From assembly GCA_964348135.1 (NCBI GenBank), contig CAYGBL010000002.1, positions 41,048 to 105,047 of the forward strand: 64,000 nucleotides of DNA. Reading direction: 5' to 3'. Source of the stretch: an uncultured Actinomycetota bacterium. Its GTDB lineage: Bacteria; Actinomycetota; Aquicultoria; JACQXZ01; CAYGBL01. Both the position numbers and the translations under genes were made by a program. Positions 18,632 to 29,382 of this stretch are shown here, piece after piece. The notes under the pieces were generated by a model that did not search any database, had not been told where the DNA came from, and saw only the letters and a list, made by a program, of their open reading frames with translations. The stretch's first letter is position 1. Every line of letters begins with the position of its first letter.

Positions 18632-19807
18632 TTATTTCCTAAGTGCTTCTGAATATATTTCAACCATACGCCGGGCGTTACTCTCCATATCACACTCCTT
18701 GGGAAGCTTACAATTCTCAGCCACATTTTTATACAAATGGTCATCGGTAATTAATGAAGTAATTTTTTTTGCCAAATCATCTACATTTCGAGGTTCGACT
18801 AAGAAGCCGTTTCTACTATCCTTAATAACCTCTGGAGTACCACCAACACACGTTGCTACTACAGGTACACCGGAAGCTAGTGCTTCCATAATTAGCATTG
18901 GAAGACCTTCATCAAAACTGGGAAGAACAACTACATCTGCAGAATTAATCCAAAGAGGAACTTCTGCGTGCGGCCTTTCTCCCACAAATCGTACCTGCGC
19001 AGAAATCCCTAGTTTCAAAACCGTATCTTTGAGTTGTTCTTCTAAAGAACCTGTCCCTACAAGGATAAACAGAGTATCATGCTTTGCTTTAATTATCTGG
19101 ACTGCTGAATGCATTAAATACGCTAAACCCTTAACACGTATCAATCCGCCTGCAAATAGAACTATTTTTGATGTTTTAGGCAATCCCAATTTCTGCCGCA
19201 CAGCTTTCTTCTCCCTCTGTTTGAATAAGTGCTTATTTACACCCATATTAATTACTGTCATTTTTTCTTCGCCAATACCATATTCTCTTCTTATCTTTTC
19301 TTTCAAAACTTCGCTTACTGCAACTATATAGTCTGCTTTTCTTAAAACAAATTTTGCTGCCAGTCTGGCTAATTTACTCTTCTGTGGAAAAACCGTTATA
19401 TCGGCTCGATGAGCAGTTATTACAACTGGTTTCCTGCTCAGATATTTACCGACCACCACTCCTATCAGTCCAGTTGGTATTACCCAATGAGCATGTATCA
19501 ACTCAACGCGTTCACTACGAACTACTCGCCAAGTCTTAATTATTCCGGATATCAGATAGCTTGCTACTCGCACAATAGGAATCCTTTCATACTCTGCCAG
19601 AAATTTTTCTTCTGATAGAAAGGAGAAACGATAGACTCTTATAGAGTCTTGAGAAAGCAAAACCTCATCGGCAATGAAAATTCGAGGAACAACAATGACA
19701 ATATCGCAATTCATCTTTTTTATTTGAATTGCTTGATCTCTTATAAAGCTTCCACTATCAGCCTTTCTACTTGTGGGATAGGCGGCAGTGAGAAGGCAGA
19801 TTTTCAT
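18632..19807 (-). CDS. Family 4 (GT-B) glycosyltransferase
   Basis: The C-terminal EGLPMLIMEALASGVPVVAT matches the GT4 E-x7-E region. Confidence 0.8.
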   Translation of the reverse strand: MKICLLTAAYPTSRKADSGSFIRDQAIQIKKMNCDIVIVVPRIFIADEVLLSQDSIRVYRFSFLSEEKFLAEYERIPIVRVASYLISGIIKTWRVVRSERVELIHAHWVIPTGLIGVVVGKYLSRKPVVITAHRADITVFPQKSKLARLAAKFVLRKADYIVAVSEVLKEKIRREYGIGEEKMTVINMGVNKHLFKQREKKAVRQKLGLPKTSKIVLFAGGLIRVKGLAYLMHSAVQIIKAKHDTLFILVGTGSLEEQLKDTVLKLGISAQVRFVGERPHAEVPLWINSADVVVLPSFDEGLPMLIMEALASGVPVVATCVGGTPEVIKDSRNGFLVEPRNVDDLAKKITSLITDDHLYKNVAENCKLPKECDMESNARRMVEIYSEALRK

Positions 19808-20640
19808 TTCTCCTTCTCCTCTTCTGCTCCAACCAACATAAAAAAATAGCTATTACCAATCCAAGGAATGACCCTTTCATAATCATATCTCGAAAATAAA
19901 TACTGAATACATTTGGGAACAAGGGGACCAAGAGGAGGGATATAGAGGGAGGGAAGAACGTGACGCATAATTCCTTTTGAAACCACTCTCATATCACTCC
20001 CCTCCGCTATATTCTCAATCCATTTTGGACTAAATCTAGTAGTTTCGACTGGGCTAATATATTTGTCGGAGATCTTGATTTTTAGCTTTCTGGACAGAAA
20101 CCTCCCTATTCTTGCCTCGTAGCCGCGTAGACTCTTTACAACTGGTATATCACCTAAAAATATTCTCACTGCTGGTTTTCCCACTCTCTTTAACTCATCC
20201 ATAAATCTCGGTATCTCCTCTAGGCTCAAATAGTGAATCATCCCGTTGCATATAATTACATCAAAGGTTCGGTCCTTAAAAGGAAGAGTACAGCTGTCAG
20301 CCTGGGCAAAAAACAGGTTTTGGTATCTCTGAGAAGAGGAAATTCTTAAAAGCATTCCCAGAGAAAGATCGATACCTACGGCAGCCTTTACTAGTGGCGC
20401 AAAGGCCTTAAGAAACAGACCATTCCCACACCCAATATCCAGGAAACAGTCCGTCTTCCTCAAACTGAGACAATATTGAATTTTCTCAATATCTTTTTCA
20501 AGGAATTCTCTATTCCAAGTGTCAGGAGAGCCTCTCAGTATGTATTCATCTTCGATTGTCCTGGCACGTTTGTCAAACCAGGAAGCGACATTCTTCGACC
20601 TTCTTCCACCAGAATAACTGTAGTATCGCTGCTCTTTCAT
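19804..20640 (-). CDS. Class I SAM-dependent methyltransferase
   Basis: LDIGCGNG is motif I, followed by an acidic residue at the end of beta-2. Confidence 0.75.
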   Translation of the reverse strand: MKEQRYYSYSGGRRSKNVASWFDKRARTIEDEYILRGSPDTWNREFLEKDIEKIQYCLSLRKTDCFLDIGCGNGLFLKAFAPLVKAAVGIDLSLGMLLRISSSQRYQNLFFAQADSCTLPFKDRTFDVIICNGMIHYLSLEEIPRFMDELKRVGKPAVRIFLGDIPVVKSLRGYEARIGRFLSRKLKIKISDKYISPVETTRFSPKWIENIAEGSDMRVVSKGIMRHVLPSLYIPPLGPLVPKCIQYLFSRYDYERVIPWIGNSYFFMLVGAEEEKEK

Positions 20641-22427
20641 CTCGTCCTGGTTAACAACCTAACCTCAGTTCTTTCGCCTGCTCTAATTGTAGGCAGAGGT
20701 ACTAAGACATGCTCGTTTCGATCTATCAAATCTTCCTTGTTCCCGTCAATAGAAACCCCTTTAACAGGCAACTTCAATGGAATTGCTATGGACGAATTTG
20801 AAACCGTTTGTTCGCCCCGATTTTCCACTTCAAATAAAAGATTTTCAGCACCAACTTGATTGTCACTTTTAATTCTCAAATTTTCCCTCTTGCGCCACCA
20901 ATCTACCAGCTCACTAAGCTTGGCAATCCACACATCTTTACCTTTAACCAAGGTATAGAGATACCGCAGCAAATCCATACGCATCTCTGAATCTCTATCA
21001 CCATACACACCAGCGTGAGCCAAAAAGACATAAAGCCCACCAATGCTCTCAATCCAACCAAGCTTTCTCTTAAACACTTTTTTGCAGTCTTCCACATTCA
21101 AACCACTAAAGTAAGGCTCCATATCCTGGGGGCCAGTCAAAGGAAGCTCTAAAACTTCATACTCCTTAATTTCACTCCCGCCGCTAAATAGTCTAAAAGG
21201 AAAATTAAAAGATATACCTTTACCATTAAAAGTCCGCTTTAAGGAAGTATCAGTATCGACAAAAGAGGAATCAAAAGAGACATCCTGCTTCTCCAGCAGT
21301 TCGCCCAGGTCGGATGTTCTTTGCAGCCAGGGAGCTCGAAATCCTCGGATGCTTTTTCCTGTTACCTTCTCCAGTTTTAAAAACGAATCTCTAATTTCCA
21401 ATTCCCTTCTACTGCTACTTATGTTATGGAAGGTCCCATTATGGTAGAGACCATGAGAAATAACCTCATGTCCTTCCTCTTCTAATTTTTTTACGCTATC
21501 TTCAGGCAGGCAAAAGGGTGGTTCACTAACCAGAGAAATTGTCGATCTTATTGTAAGTTCCTTTAGTGTTTTAAGTAGTTTAGGTAATCCTTTATAATAG
21601 GCATATCTTCTCGGTTCTACATCATGAGTAAAACAAAAGGCATAAGCAAAGGCGCAAGGCCACTTCCATATTCTGGGAACAAAGTGGGACGACCAATCTA
21701 AGGCATTAATAAAGGTTTGGTATAGAACCCACCCCGAAGGGTCGATAGGTGCTTGTGTGGTAAAGTGATCCACTTTGCTCTGTCTCCTCCGAGCCTGTTT
21801 TAAAAGAATACGATATGTAGCTAGACGCAAATTATAGGGAGCTATTTGATAAGCAAAATTACTAATCAATGAAAGTGGCTTCTGCTTCTTATTGTTATCA
21901 GCATAACTTTCAGCAAGCAGGCTGGAAAAACTTCTACCAATATCAAAAGTAAATAAAAAATGACCATCTACTGAAACTATCGCAGGATATGACTTTCTAC
22001 TGACTTCCATCTCTGCCAGGACTTCCACACCAGAACGAATCTCACACTCTATCAATCCATCAACTGGAATAAAAACCTCTGATAAATCGAAGGAATTAAG
22101 AAGAAAAGTTACCTTTTTAAACACCGGCCCTTTTTTAAATCTTAAAATACCTTTTTTAGTTCTCACTGTACTTCTACAAGAAATCCCAAAAATATTCTCT
22201 ACCAGCTCTTTACTCTGTTTCCCATCTTCCAAAGTCGAAAGTACAAAAAATATTTTAGTATCTATGGCTGGTTTAAATTCTTGTCTCAGTTCTTTTACGT
22301 CTAGCAAAGTAACTCCAGGGTATTCTGGACAATTTGCACTGCTAAAAGATATACCCTCGGTTCTTAGCACAACTGATAATCCATAAAGTGACTGACTAGA
22401 AGCAATAATTAGAGACTGCATACTCAT
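20637..22427 (-). CDS. Polysaccharide deacetylase (CE4/NodB-fold) with extra N-terminal domain
   Basis: The C-terminal half has the CE4-like motifs FTHDVEP, ISHGLYH and FRAPW. It resembles the polysaccharide-locus deacetylases found in exosortase EPS loci. Confidence 0.6.
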   Translation of the reverse strand: MSMQSLIIASSQSLYGLSVVLRTEGISFSSANCPEYPGVTLLDVKELRQEFKPAIDTKIFFVLSTLEDGKQSKELVENIFGISCRSTVRTKKGILRFKKGPVFKKVTFLLNSFDLSEVFIPVDGLIECEIRSGVEVLAEMEVSRKSYPAIVSVDGHFLFTFDIGRSFSSLLAESYADNNKKQKPLSLISNFAYQIAPYNLRLATYRILLKQARRRQSKVDHFTTQAPIDPSGWVLYQTFINALDWSSHFVPRIWKWPCAFAYAFCFTHDVEPRRYAYYKGLPKLLKTLKELTIRSTISLVSEPPFCLPEDSVKKLEEEGHEVISHGLYHNGTFHNISSSRRELEIRDSFLKLEKVTGKSIRGFRAPWLQRTSDLGELLEKQDVSFDSSFVDTDTSLKRTFNGKGISFNFPFRLFSGGSEIKEYEVLELPLTGPQDMEPYFSGLNVEDCKKVFKRKLGWIESIGGLYVFLAHAGVYGDRDSEMRMDLLRYLYTLVKGKDVWIAKLSELVDWWRKRENLRIKSDNQVGAENLLFEVENRGEQTVSNSSIAIPLKLPVKGVSIDGNKEDLIDRNEHVLVPLPTIRAGERTEVRLLTRTR

Positions 22428-22440
22428 GTCACTTCCTCAA

Positions 22441-23499
22441 TCAATCCATATGTTTGGTAAGAAACGGCCCAAATGTGCGAGTAAAAGCTAAAGGCATCTT
22501 GCTCCATAATTTTCTAAGCATTTGGAAGTTGGGAGCATTAGAGTCTAAAAAAGGGATTGTTTCCAAGCTATTTAAAAAGAAATAGAAGGGTACTTCCTGT
22601 TCATAGCCGCCCCATTTAGATTTAAAATTTCGCAAGCCCCTTTGATAAGGAGAACTCGCTCCAAAGTCAAAATAGCGATATCTATTTGTAGCTGCCCAAA
22701 CTATTGCCTTCCACAGCAACAAATCATTCGGGCAGAGATCAAGATATTTCTCGTCTGAAGCTGCATAGGCTTCAATCACCCGATCTTTAAAATGAAAAAG
22801 TAATAAACCGCCAATTACTCGATCATGATACATTACTAAGAGTAAACTTGCCTTGTTTTTTTCCCCCATTTTCTTCCAAATCTCCTTAAACAATTCTACA
22901 GAATACGGAGGAATCCCCAACCTCTTCCTGGTTTGTAAAAAAATCTGATAAAAAGAATCGACGTCAGAGAAATTCTCACCCCACCGAACCTTTACGTTGC
23001 TTTTTTCGGCCTTTCTTATTGCCCACCTCACTTTACCGTAATCTAAAGCTTTCCATATCTTCCCTACGTCAGGATCTAATGGGATAACTGTAGTAAGATA
23101 ATAACTGTATTTCACAAAATTCAGTTGCTCTACAATCTCAGGTAATAAGTTTAAGCTCTTAATCTCAACATATTTGCAATTCTCTTCTGCCGCTAAGTCT
23201 TTAGTAGCCTGCAAAAGTTCTTTCATCACCTGCTCATCTTTATATAAAGGTCCTCCTCTATCTCTCAAAGGAACTGAAACTAAACGTCTCCCTCGCCATC
23301 CTGAAAGATAAAAGAGGGGTAAAACTCCTTCAATAGCTCCTTTATTGTCTTTGGCTACAAGATAAAGATGTTGATGATGGAAAACTCTAGTCGCGTCCCG
23401 CCATTCAAGGGTGTGGTAGATTGTAGCAGAGGGATGAGAAAGGACAAAATCATTCCAGTTTTCTTCGTCCTGCGGTGATAACAGAGAAATTGAGGTCAT
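22441..23499 (-). CDS. FemAB-family / GNAT-fold acyltransferase-like protein
   Basis: The fold is FemAB/BioF2-like. This family recurs in exosortase-associated EPS loci. Confidence 0.6.
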   Translation of the reverse strand: MTSISLLSPQDEENWNDFVLSHPSATIYHTLEWRDATRVFHHQHLYLVAKDNKGAIEGVLPLFYLSGWRGRRLVSVPLRDRGGPLYKDEQVMKELLQATKDLAAEENCKYVEIKSLNLLPEIVEQLNFVKYSYYLTTVIPLDPDVGKIWKALDYGKVRWAIRKAEKSNVKVRWGENFSDVDSFYQIFLQTRKRLGIPPYSVELFKEIWKKMGEKNKASLLLVMYHDRVIGGLLLFHFKDRVIEAYAASDEKYLDLCPNDLLLWKAIVWAATNRYRYFDFGASSPYQRGLRNFKSKWGGYEQEVPFYFFLNSLETIPFLDSNAPNFQMLRKLWSKMPLAFTRTFGPFLTKHMD

Positions 23500-24520
23500 G
23501 ATCCCTTAATCTAGTATCATTAGAATTTTTTGCCTTTAAATTATTCTTCTGTATCCTGTAAAGTTCCCTCTTTAGACTTACTATCTGTGTTGCCACAAAT
23601 CCAAAGAAAAAGACTTGAATTCCGGCAACTATGAGAGTAACGGTAACTGCCATAAGAGGTCTATCAGGATTCAGTCGGCCTTGTAACCAGGTTGTAAAAA
23701 GAAAGCTGGCACAGATAAAGCCAGAAATAACCATTATAGCTCCCATAGCTCCGAAGAGCATAGCGGGTTTCTCATAGAAAGAGAACATCAAATGAGAAAG
23801 AATAGTTGCGCGCAAATGTAATTTTGACTTACCATTTTCCCTGGCTCTCAACATTGCTGGTATTTCTCTAATATGATGGCCTAAAGCAAGGGATTTGGCC
23901 AATATTTCCAGATGAATCTCCTTATCTTCTGATTCCAATTCCAGCTCATCAAAGACTCTCTTGCGGTAGGCCCTTAAAATACCAGTTATAGTTCGTAGTC
24001 TTCCTGGTAGTGCAAAACCTAGAAGTCTATTACCGATTTTGCTTAAAATCAATCTGTTATACGGAACTCCTACTACTTTTCCTCCCTTAGAATAAGGAGA
24101 TCCGACCACAATATCCAAAGATTGATCACTCTCTAACTCTCTAACCAACTTGGAAATATGATCCGCACTATAGGAAAGATCCGCATCCAGCGTCACCCAG
24201 ATGTCTCCTTGAGCAAAACTAAACCCTGTTCTCAAAGCACGCCCCCGACCATAGTTGGCAGAATGAGATAGAACCAGAATATGATCATTTGCAGAGGCTA
24301 TACTTTTAGCCAGCTCATAAGTACCATCAGTGCTCCCATCATCAACAATGATAAGCTCCCAGCTGGGAAAGTCTTTAAGCTCATCTACCACTTTTCCCAT
24401 AGTATTTACTACATTTTCTTCCTCATTATACATAGGGATGATAACCGAAATGTCCAAACTGACTCCCATCCAGACTAGATTACTAAGCGAATTCAGATGA
24501 GCTATCACATTCATTCGCAA
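23450..24520 (-). CDS. Polyprenyl-phosphate glycosyltransferase (GT2, GtrB/ArnC/DPM1-like) with C-terminal TM helices
   Basis: The motifs are ISVIIPMYNEE, IIVDDGSTDGT and DADLS, plus two C-terminal TM helices. The true start may be the internal Met MGVSL. Confidence 0.8.
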   Translation of the reverse strand: MRMNVIAHLNSLSNLVWMGVSLDISVIIPMYNEEENVVNTMGKVVDELKDFPSWELIIVDDGSTDGTYELAKSIASANDHILVLSHSANYGRGRALRTGFSFAQGDIWVTLDADLSYSADHISKLVRELESDQSLDIVVGSPYSKGGKVVGVPYNRLILSKIGNRLLGFALPGRLRTITGILRAYRKRVFDELELESEDKEIHLEILAKSLALGHHIREIPAMLRARENGKSKLHLRATILSHLMFSFYEKPAMLFGAMGAIMVISGFICASFLFTTWLQGRLNPDRPLMAVTVTLIVAGIQVFFFGFVATQIVSLKRELYRIQKNNLKAKNSNDTRLRDHDLNFSVITAGRRKLE

Positions 24521-24824
24521 CCGAATGCTGAATTCCTTCTTCTTCTATCTTTTAATCCGCCTGAAGACTCAACTTCTCACTATTTAGCGATATGGGAGCT
24601 AAGAGATTTATTTCAGTCTCCAACTTTTGGCACCAATATAGCTGTTAGCTGTTTATAATTATCGAAGGTAGGACCTTTTTATATGGCAGAGAACAAAGTA
24701 ATGGCCTATGTTCTTTGAAAATAATTCAGCTAATAATTTCTTTTATAAAATTTATTTTCTATTCAAAGGTCTAAAGATGCTAAGGAAGAATACTTATTTA
24801 TTAGCCTTCATGAGAGAACTTAAT

Positions 24825-25943
24825 ATGAAGATACTTTCCATTGTAGGTGCAAGACCTCAATTTATAAAAGCTGCTATGGTTTCAGGTGAGATCCGCAAGA
24901 ACCATCAAGAGATTCTCCTTCACACAGGCCAGCATTACGATACCAATCTTTCTCAACTCTTTTTCGATGAGCTATCCCTTCCTCAAGTAGATTACCATCT
25001 CGGCATAGGCTCTGATACGCATGGCAGGCAGACCGGAAAGATGCTCGCTGCGGTCGAAGAAGTGCTATTTCGAGAGAGTCCTGACTTGGTTATCGTTTAC
25101 GGAGATACTAACTCTACTCTGGCAGGTGCGCTGGCTGCGGCAAAACTTAATATACCGGTTGCTCATGTCGAGGCGGGGCTGAGAACCTACAATAAAACAA
25201 TACCGGAAGAAATCAATAGAACAGTTACGGATTGTGTATCGAATCTTCTATTTGCTCCTACCCAATCAGCAGTCAAGAATCTCAGAAAGGAGGGTATAAA
25301 CAAAGGAGTTCATAACACCGGGGACGTGATGTACGATGCAGTTCTTAAATACAAAAAGATTGCAGAGGAAAGGTCAGAAATCCTAAAGATACTGGACTTG
25401 GAATCAAAGAAATTTCTCGTGGCTACCATTCATCGAGCTGGAACCACTGATAATCCGGCCAGGCTAAGATCCGTAATAGAGGCACTTTCACAGATCGATG
25501 AGTTAATCATCTTTCCCGTTCATCCCCGCACGCGCAAAGCACTTGAAGTATTGGAACTATTGCCATTAAAGCAAGACCTTATTCGATTAATTCATCCTGT
25601 AGGATATCTGGATATGCTTATGCTGGTTAAGTCTGCACGGTTAGTAATAACTGATTCAGGAGGACTACAGAAAGAAGCCTACTTCCTAAAAACTCCGTGT
25701 GTTACCTGTATGGATGAAGATGAGTGGCCAGAAACAACTACAGCTGCAGCAAACAGGCTGGTGAGTACCGATACAGGAAAGATTATTGAAGCGGTAAGGC
25801 GACCCTACTTCCCTATAAAAGATGCCGATGAGTTTGGAGATGGCCATGCTGCCGAGAAAATGGTCAATATTATAGAGAGAATCTCAGATACTAGCGATTC
25901 AAAGGATATATATTCTTTTTCTTCTGTGCAACTAAGTTTATAG
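24825..25943 (+). CDS. wecB: UDP-N-acetylglucosamine 2-epimerase (non-hydrolysing)
   Basis: The sequence matches WecB/MnaA along its whole length (MKILSIVGARPQFIKAAMV, HTGQHYD, VHVEAGLRT). Homology and an SD-like sequence support a start at 24825 rather than the ORF-track start at 24708. Confidence 0.85.
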   Translation: MKILSIVGARPQFIKAAMVSGEIRKNHQEILLHTGQHYDTNLSQLFFDELSLPQVDYHLGIGSDTHGRQTGKMLAAVEEVLFRESPDLVIVYGDTNSTLAGALAAAKLNIPVAHVEAGLRTYNKTIPEEINRTVTDCVSNLLFAPTQSAVKNLRKEGINKGVHNTGDVMYDAVLKYKKIAEERSEILKILDLESKKFLVATIHRAGTTDNPARLRSVIEALSQIDELIIFPVHPRTRKALEVLELLPLKQDLIRLIHPVGYLDMLMLVKSARLVITDSGGLQKEAYFLKTPCVTCMDEDEWPETTTAAANRLVSTDTGKIIEAVRRPYFPIKDADEFGDGHAAEKMVNIIERISDTSDSKDIYSFSSVQLSL

Positions 25944-26060
25944 TGCGGGCACTTTCTAAGCTAAGTACCATGAAAATTTTGAACAGAGCTTGTATAATTC
26001 ACTACTTGATCACTCCCAAGTTTTTTTGAAAAAAAAATAGATAAAAGAGAATAGAATAAA

Positions 26061-27446
26061 TTGCAAGTATTACTCCTTAATCCTCCTCTTCAACATAAAA
26101 CCGTTGCTCGAGACATGGCAGGCGGCCTTGGCTTTGAGGTTGGAAATCATACAATTCTTCCTCCTCTTAATCTGGCATTAATGGCCTCTATTCTGCGCAT
26201 AAACGGACATAAGGTAAAAATCCTTGATCCTCAGGTGGAAGATCTTAGCAAAAGAGATTTTCTTTCGCTAATTATTTCTTTAGAACCAGAGGTTATCATT
26301 GGAAATATCTCTCTACCTTCCTTGAAAGAGGATGCATCTTTCCTAAAGGAGTTAAAAAATATTACCGGAGCAAGAATCATCCCCAGTACTGATATTAATT
26401 TTACTCCCATCCTGCAAGAAATACTTCTTTTAACCGGTGCCCGCGTCTGTATGCTTGGGGAGTGCGAACTTGAGATTGAAGAAATTATTAAAGGAAAGAT
26501 AGCGTCCGGTGTGGCCTTCCGTGAAAAGGAAAGGATCCAGCTCTTACCCTGTGAGCCCGTTAAAAACCTTGAACTACTCCCCATTCCCGCCCGTGATCTT
26601 CTCCGTAATGACAGATACTTATTTCCTTTCCTGGGAGCTAAAACTACCACTATGCAAACCAGCCGCGGCTGCCCCTTCTCCTGTTCTTATTACTGTCCCT
26701 ATCCGTTGATTCAAGGTGAAAAATGGCGGGCCATGAGTGCAGAACGGGTATATGCAGAATTAGAAGACATTGCAAACAACCTCACCATCTCTAACATATT
26801 CTTCCGTGATGCTTGCTTCACTCTCAATAAAGAAAGAACTGCTCAAATATGCGATCTCTTGATTAAAAATAAGCTTAATCTCACCTGGTGGTGTGAAACC
26901 CGCATAAATTGCTTGGACCGCGAAATTCTTTTCCAAATGAAAAACGCGGGGTGTAAAGGTATTAATATTGGTGTCGAAACAGGAAACCCACAAATTCTGA
27001 GTTCACAGGCAAAAGAAGGGGTTACAATAAGCAGTCTTAAGAGTTTATGCGAATTCGCTACTCGTGCAGGATTGCATCTGCATTTTCTCTTGCTGGTAGG
27101 TCTCCCTCAGGAGAACCGGAATTCTCTCTATGATACCTTCAAACTGGTAAGAGAACTCAAACCTGCTTCTCTGGGAATATCAGTAGTAACTCCCTATCCA
27201 GGAACACCTCTTTACTTCGATGCCAAGGAAAGAGGATGGATTGAGACAAGCGACTGGGAAAAGTACTCAGGAGATCATGCTGTCATGCATACCGACAAGT
27301 TGAGCAGCTTTGATATAACGTTTGCCCAAAAGATGCTCCAAGGTAGCTCTTTTCTCTCGAAACGTTCTGGTTTTGCAGCTTCCATTAGTCTGGGCATGCT
27401 TGATCAATTTTTTAGAGTATGGTCTTCCTTTGGGAACCCGAAATGA
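26061..27446 (+). CDS. B12-binding-domain radical SAM protein (class B), non-canonical CX3CX3C cluster motif
   Basis: An N-terminal cobalamin-binding-like domain is followed by a radical SAM core. The cluster motif is RGCPFSCSYYCPY, giving cysteine spacing 3 and 3 where 3 and 2 is usual. Confidence 0.7.
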   Translation: MQVLLLNPPLQHKTVARDMAGGLGFEVGNHTILPPLNLALMASILRINGHKVKILDPQVEDLSKRDFLSLIISLEPEVIIGNISLPSLKEDASFLKELKNITGARIIPSTDINFTPILQEILLLTGARVCMLGECELEIEEIIKGKIASGVAFREKERIQLLPCEPVKNLELLPIPARDLLRNDRYLFPFLGAKTTTMQTSRGCPFSCSYYCPYPLIQGEKWRAMSAERVYAELEDIANNLTISNIFFRDACFTLNKERTAQICDLLIKNKLNLTWWCETRINCLDREILFQMKNAGCKGINIGVETGNPQILSSQAKEGVTISSLKSLCEFATRAGLHLHFLLLVGLPQENRNSLYDTFKLVRELKPASLGISVVTPYPGTPLYFDAKERGWIETSDWEKYSGDHAVMHTDKLSSFDITFAQKMLQGSSFLSKRSGFAASISLGMLDQFFRVWSSFGNPK

Positions 27447-28420
27447 AAACAAAAACAGCTTTCTTAACAGGTAGCACAGGATTCATAGGGAAGCAATTGC
27501 TATTCAAACTTCTTAATCATAATTACAGGGTTTACAGTTTGGTACGAGATAATAATCAATTCTCCTCTTCTCTTTACAGCCATCCCCAGTTAATTACCCT
27601 CAAAGGCAAACTCAGCGATCTTACTGTTTTGCGAAAAGGCACTGCAGATGCCATTGTCGTTTTTCATCTTGCTTCGTCCCTCAGGCTGTTCGAGAAGAGA
27701 ACTGAACTTTACCATACAAACATCAAGGGAACCGAGAATCTGCTCAAAGCCTGTGGCCAAGCTAATCGTAAAATAAGGTTTATCTTCACCAGTAGTATTG
27801 AAGCTATAGGACCCAGTTCACAAGAATCTGCAAAACCTCCAGACACTCCTTCTCCCATTACAGATTACGGGAAATCCAAGCTCCAGGCAGAGAAAATCAT
27901 AAGAGCCTTTTGCCAAACACATCCTAACGTTACCTACACTATAGTCCGTGCAGGAAATGTTTATGACCTACAAAATGGTATAGTAAAGGCTATAGCGGAA
28001 ATTCTTAAAAGCGGCGGTTGGAAAGCGGCCCTCCTTTATCATATGTTTAAAGACCATTCTTTCTCTTTAATACACCTGAGGGATCTTTTGGATATACTAA
28101 CGCTTGTTGCCGTCAGTGAACAAGCTGAAAATAAAACTTACTTTGCGGTAGGAGAATCACTATCTATTAAGAAAATTATCTCAATAATCGAGCAAGGATC
28201 CAGAGTAAAAAAGGAATTGCCAACAACAGCATTCAGTAAAACAATGCTCGCTTTCTGGAATTTGGGGATAAAAGCAACAAAACAGAGTGACCTAATATCT
28301 TATCTCAGTTTATGTGGAAAAAGGAAATTTCAAAATTATTATGATGACCATATTGTTGCTGACTTGCACTATATTCCTAAAACCAGATTCGACCTTTGCT
28401 TTAAACAAAGTATTCAATGA
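27443..28420 (+). CDS. NAD-dependent epimerase/dehydratase (SDR family)
   Basis: FLTGSTGFIGKQL is the Rossmann GxxGxxG motif. The start overlaps the upstream stop in an ATGA arrangement. Confidence 0.8.
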   Translation: MKTKTAFLTGSTGFIGKQLLFKLLNHNYRVYSLVRDNNQFSSSLYSHPQLITLKGKLSDLTVLRKGTADAIVVFHLASSLRLFEKRTELYHTNIKGTENLLKACGQANRKIRFIFTSSIEAIGPSSQESAKPPDTPSPITDYGKSKLQAEKIIRAFCQTHPNVTYTIVRAGNVYDLQNGIVKAIAEILKSGGWKAALLYHMFKDHSFSLIHLRDLLDILTLVAVSEQAENKTYFAVGESLSIKKIISIIEQGSRVKKELPTTAFSKTMLAFWNLGIKATKQSDLISYLSLCGKRKFQNYYDDHIVADLHYIPKTRFDLCFKQSIQ

Positions 28421-29382
28421 GAATCTCTGTCATTATACCCACCTGTAACCGAAAAGAGATCCTTGGACGAACACTAAACGCTCTAAACAAACAGCACTAT
28501 CCTCAAGATGAATACGAGGTAATAATTGTTGATGATGGCAGTACTGATGGAACTTTAACCCACGTCTTGCAGCTGGCTCCAAAGTTGCATACTAAAATCA
28601 TCCTTCTGCAACAAAAACAGCAGGGACCAGCAGCAGCAAGGAACTTGGCTATTAAAGAAGCTAATGGAGAAATTTTACTATTCCTAAATGATGACACGGT
28701 TGCCGCTCCTGACCTCCTTCAGCAACATATGAAATTGCATGAAAAAGAACCGGATCTCAGAAATGGCGTCTTGGGCCGCGTAGTCTGGTCACCGGACATC
28801 AAGATTACCCCTTTTATGTATTGGCTGGAACACGGAGGTCCTCAATTTAAATACGATGAGATTAGGCAAGGAGAGATTAGCTGGCGCTACTTCTGGACTT
28901 GTAATCTTTCCCTTAAGCGGTACTTTCTTATTCAAAACGGCGTATTCGATGAAGACTTTCCTTATGCTGCCTGGGAAGATATAGAGTTAGGTTATAGATT
29001 GAGCAAATGCGGCCTGAAACTCCTCTATAACGAAGCTGCAGTCGGCTACCACTACCACAATATCACTCTGGAATCAGCAAAGGAAAAGATGCTGCTACAC
29101 GGCTGGAGTGCGACTATAATGGACAGAAAGGTTCCTCACGAAGCAAAACCATCCTCCCTCAAATATCCCTATAAACAGATTATTAGAACGTTAGATAATA
29201 TTCTGCTTTGCAAACCTACAATGTTCCTATTCTGGAGATTATCCAGGATAGCAGAAGATCGTGTCGCTCTAGGTTTTTTATTCAACCTAGTCACTTTACA
29301 TTACCGTATAGAAGGTCAAAGAAAAGCAGAGCTTGCCTTTAAAAAGAGAGAGCGAGGAGATAATGAAAGTCGTTGTAGCTAA
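28417..29382 (+). CDS. Family 2 glycosyltransferase
   Basis: The motifs are ISVIIPTCNR, VIIVDDGSTDGT and NDD. Confidence 0.8.
   Translation: MRISVIIPTCNRKEILGRTLNALNKQHYPQDEYEVIIVDDGSTDGTLTHVLQLAPKLHTKIILLQQKQQGPAAARNLAIKEANGEILLFLNDDTVAAPDLLQQHMKLHEKEPDLRNGVLGRVVWSPDIKITPFMYWLEHGGPQFKYDEIRQGEISWRYFWTCNLSLKRYFLIQNGVFDEDFPYAAWEDIELGYRLSKCGLKLLYNEAAVGYHYHNITLESAKEKMLLHGWSATIMDRKVPHEAKPSSLKYPYKQIIRTLDNILLCKPTMFLFWRLSRIAEDRVALGFLFNLVTLHYRIEGQRKAELAFKKRERGDNESRCS

Noticed and set aside
24622-24660. Possible sigma-A promoter (TTGGCA ... TGTTTATAAT) for wecB
   Set aside because: The spacing between the hexamers is not canonical (about 21 nt), so it was not reported as a feature.
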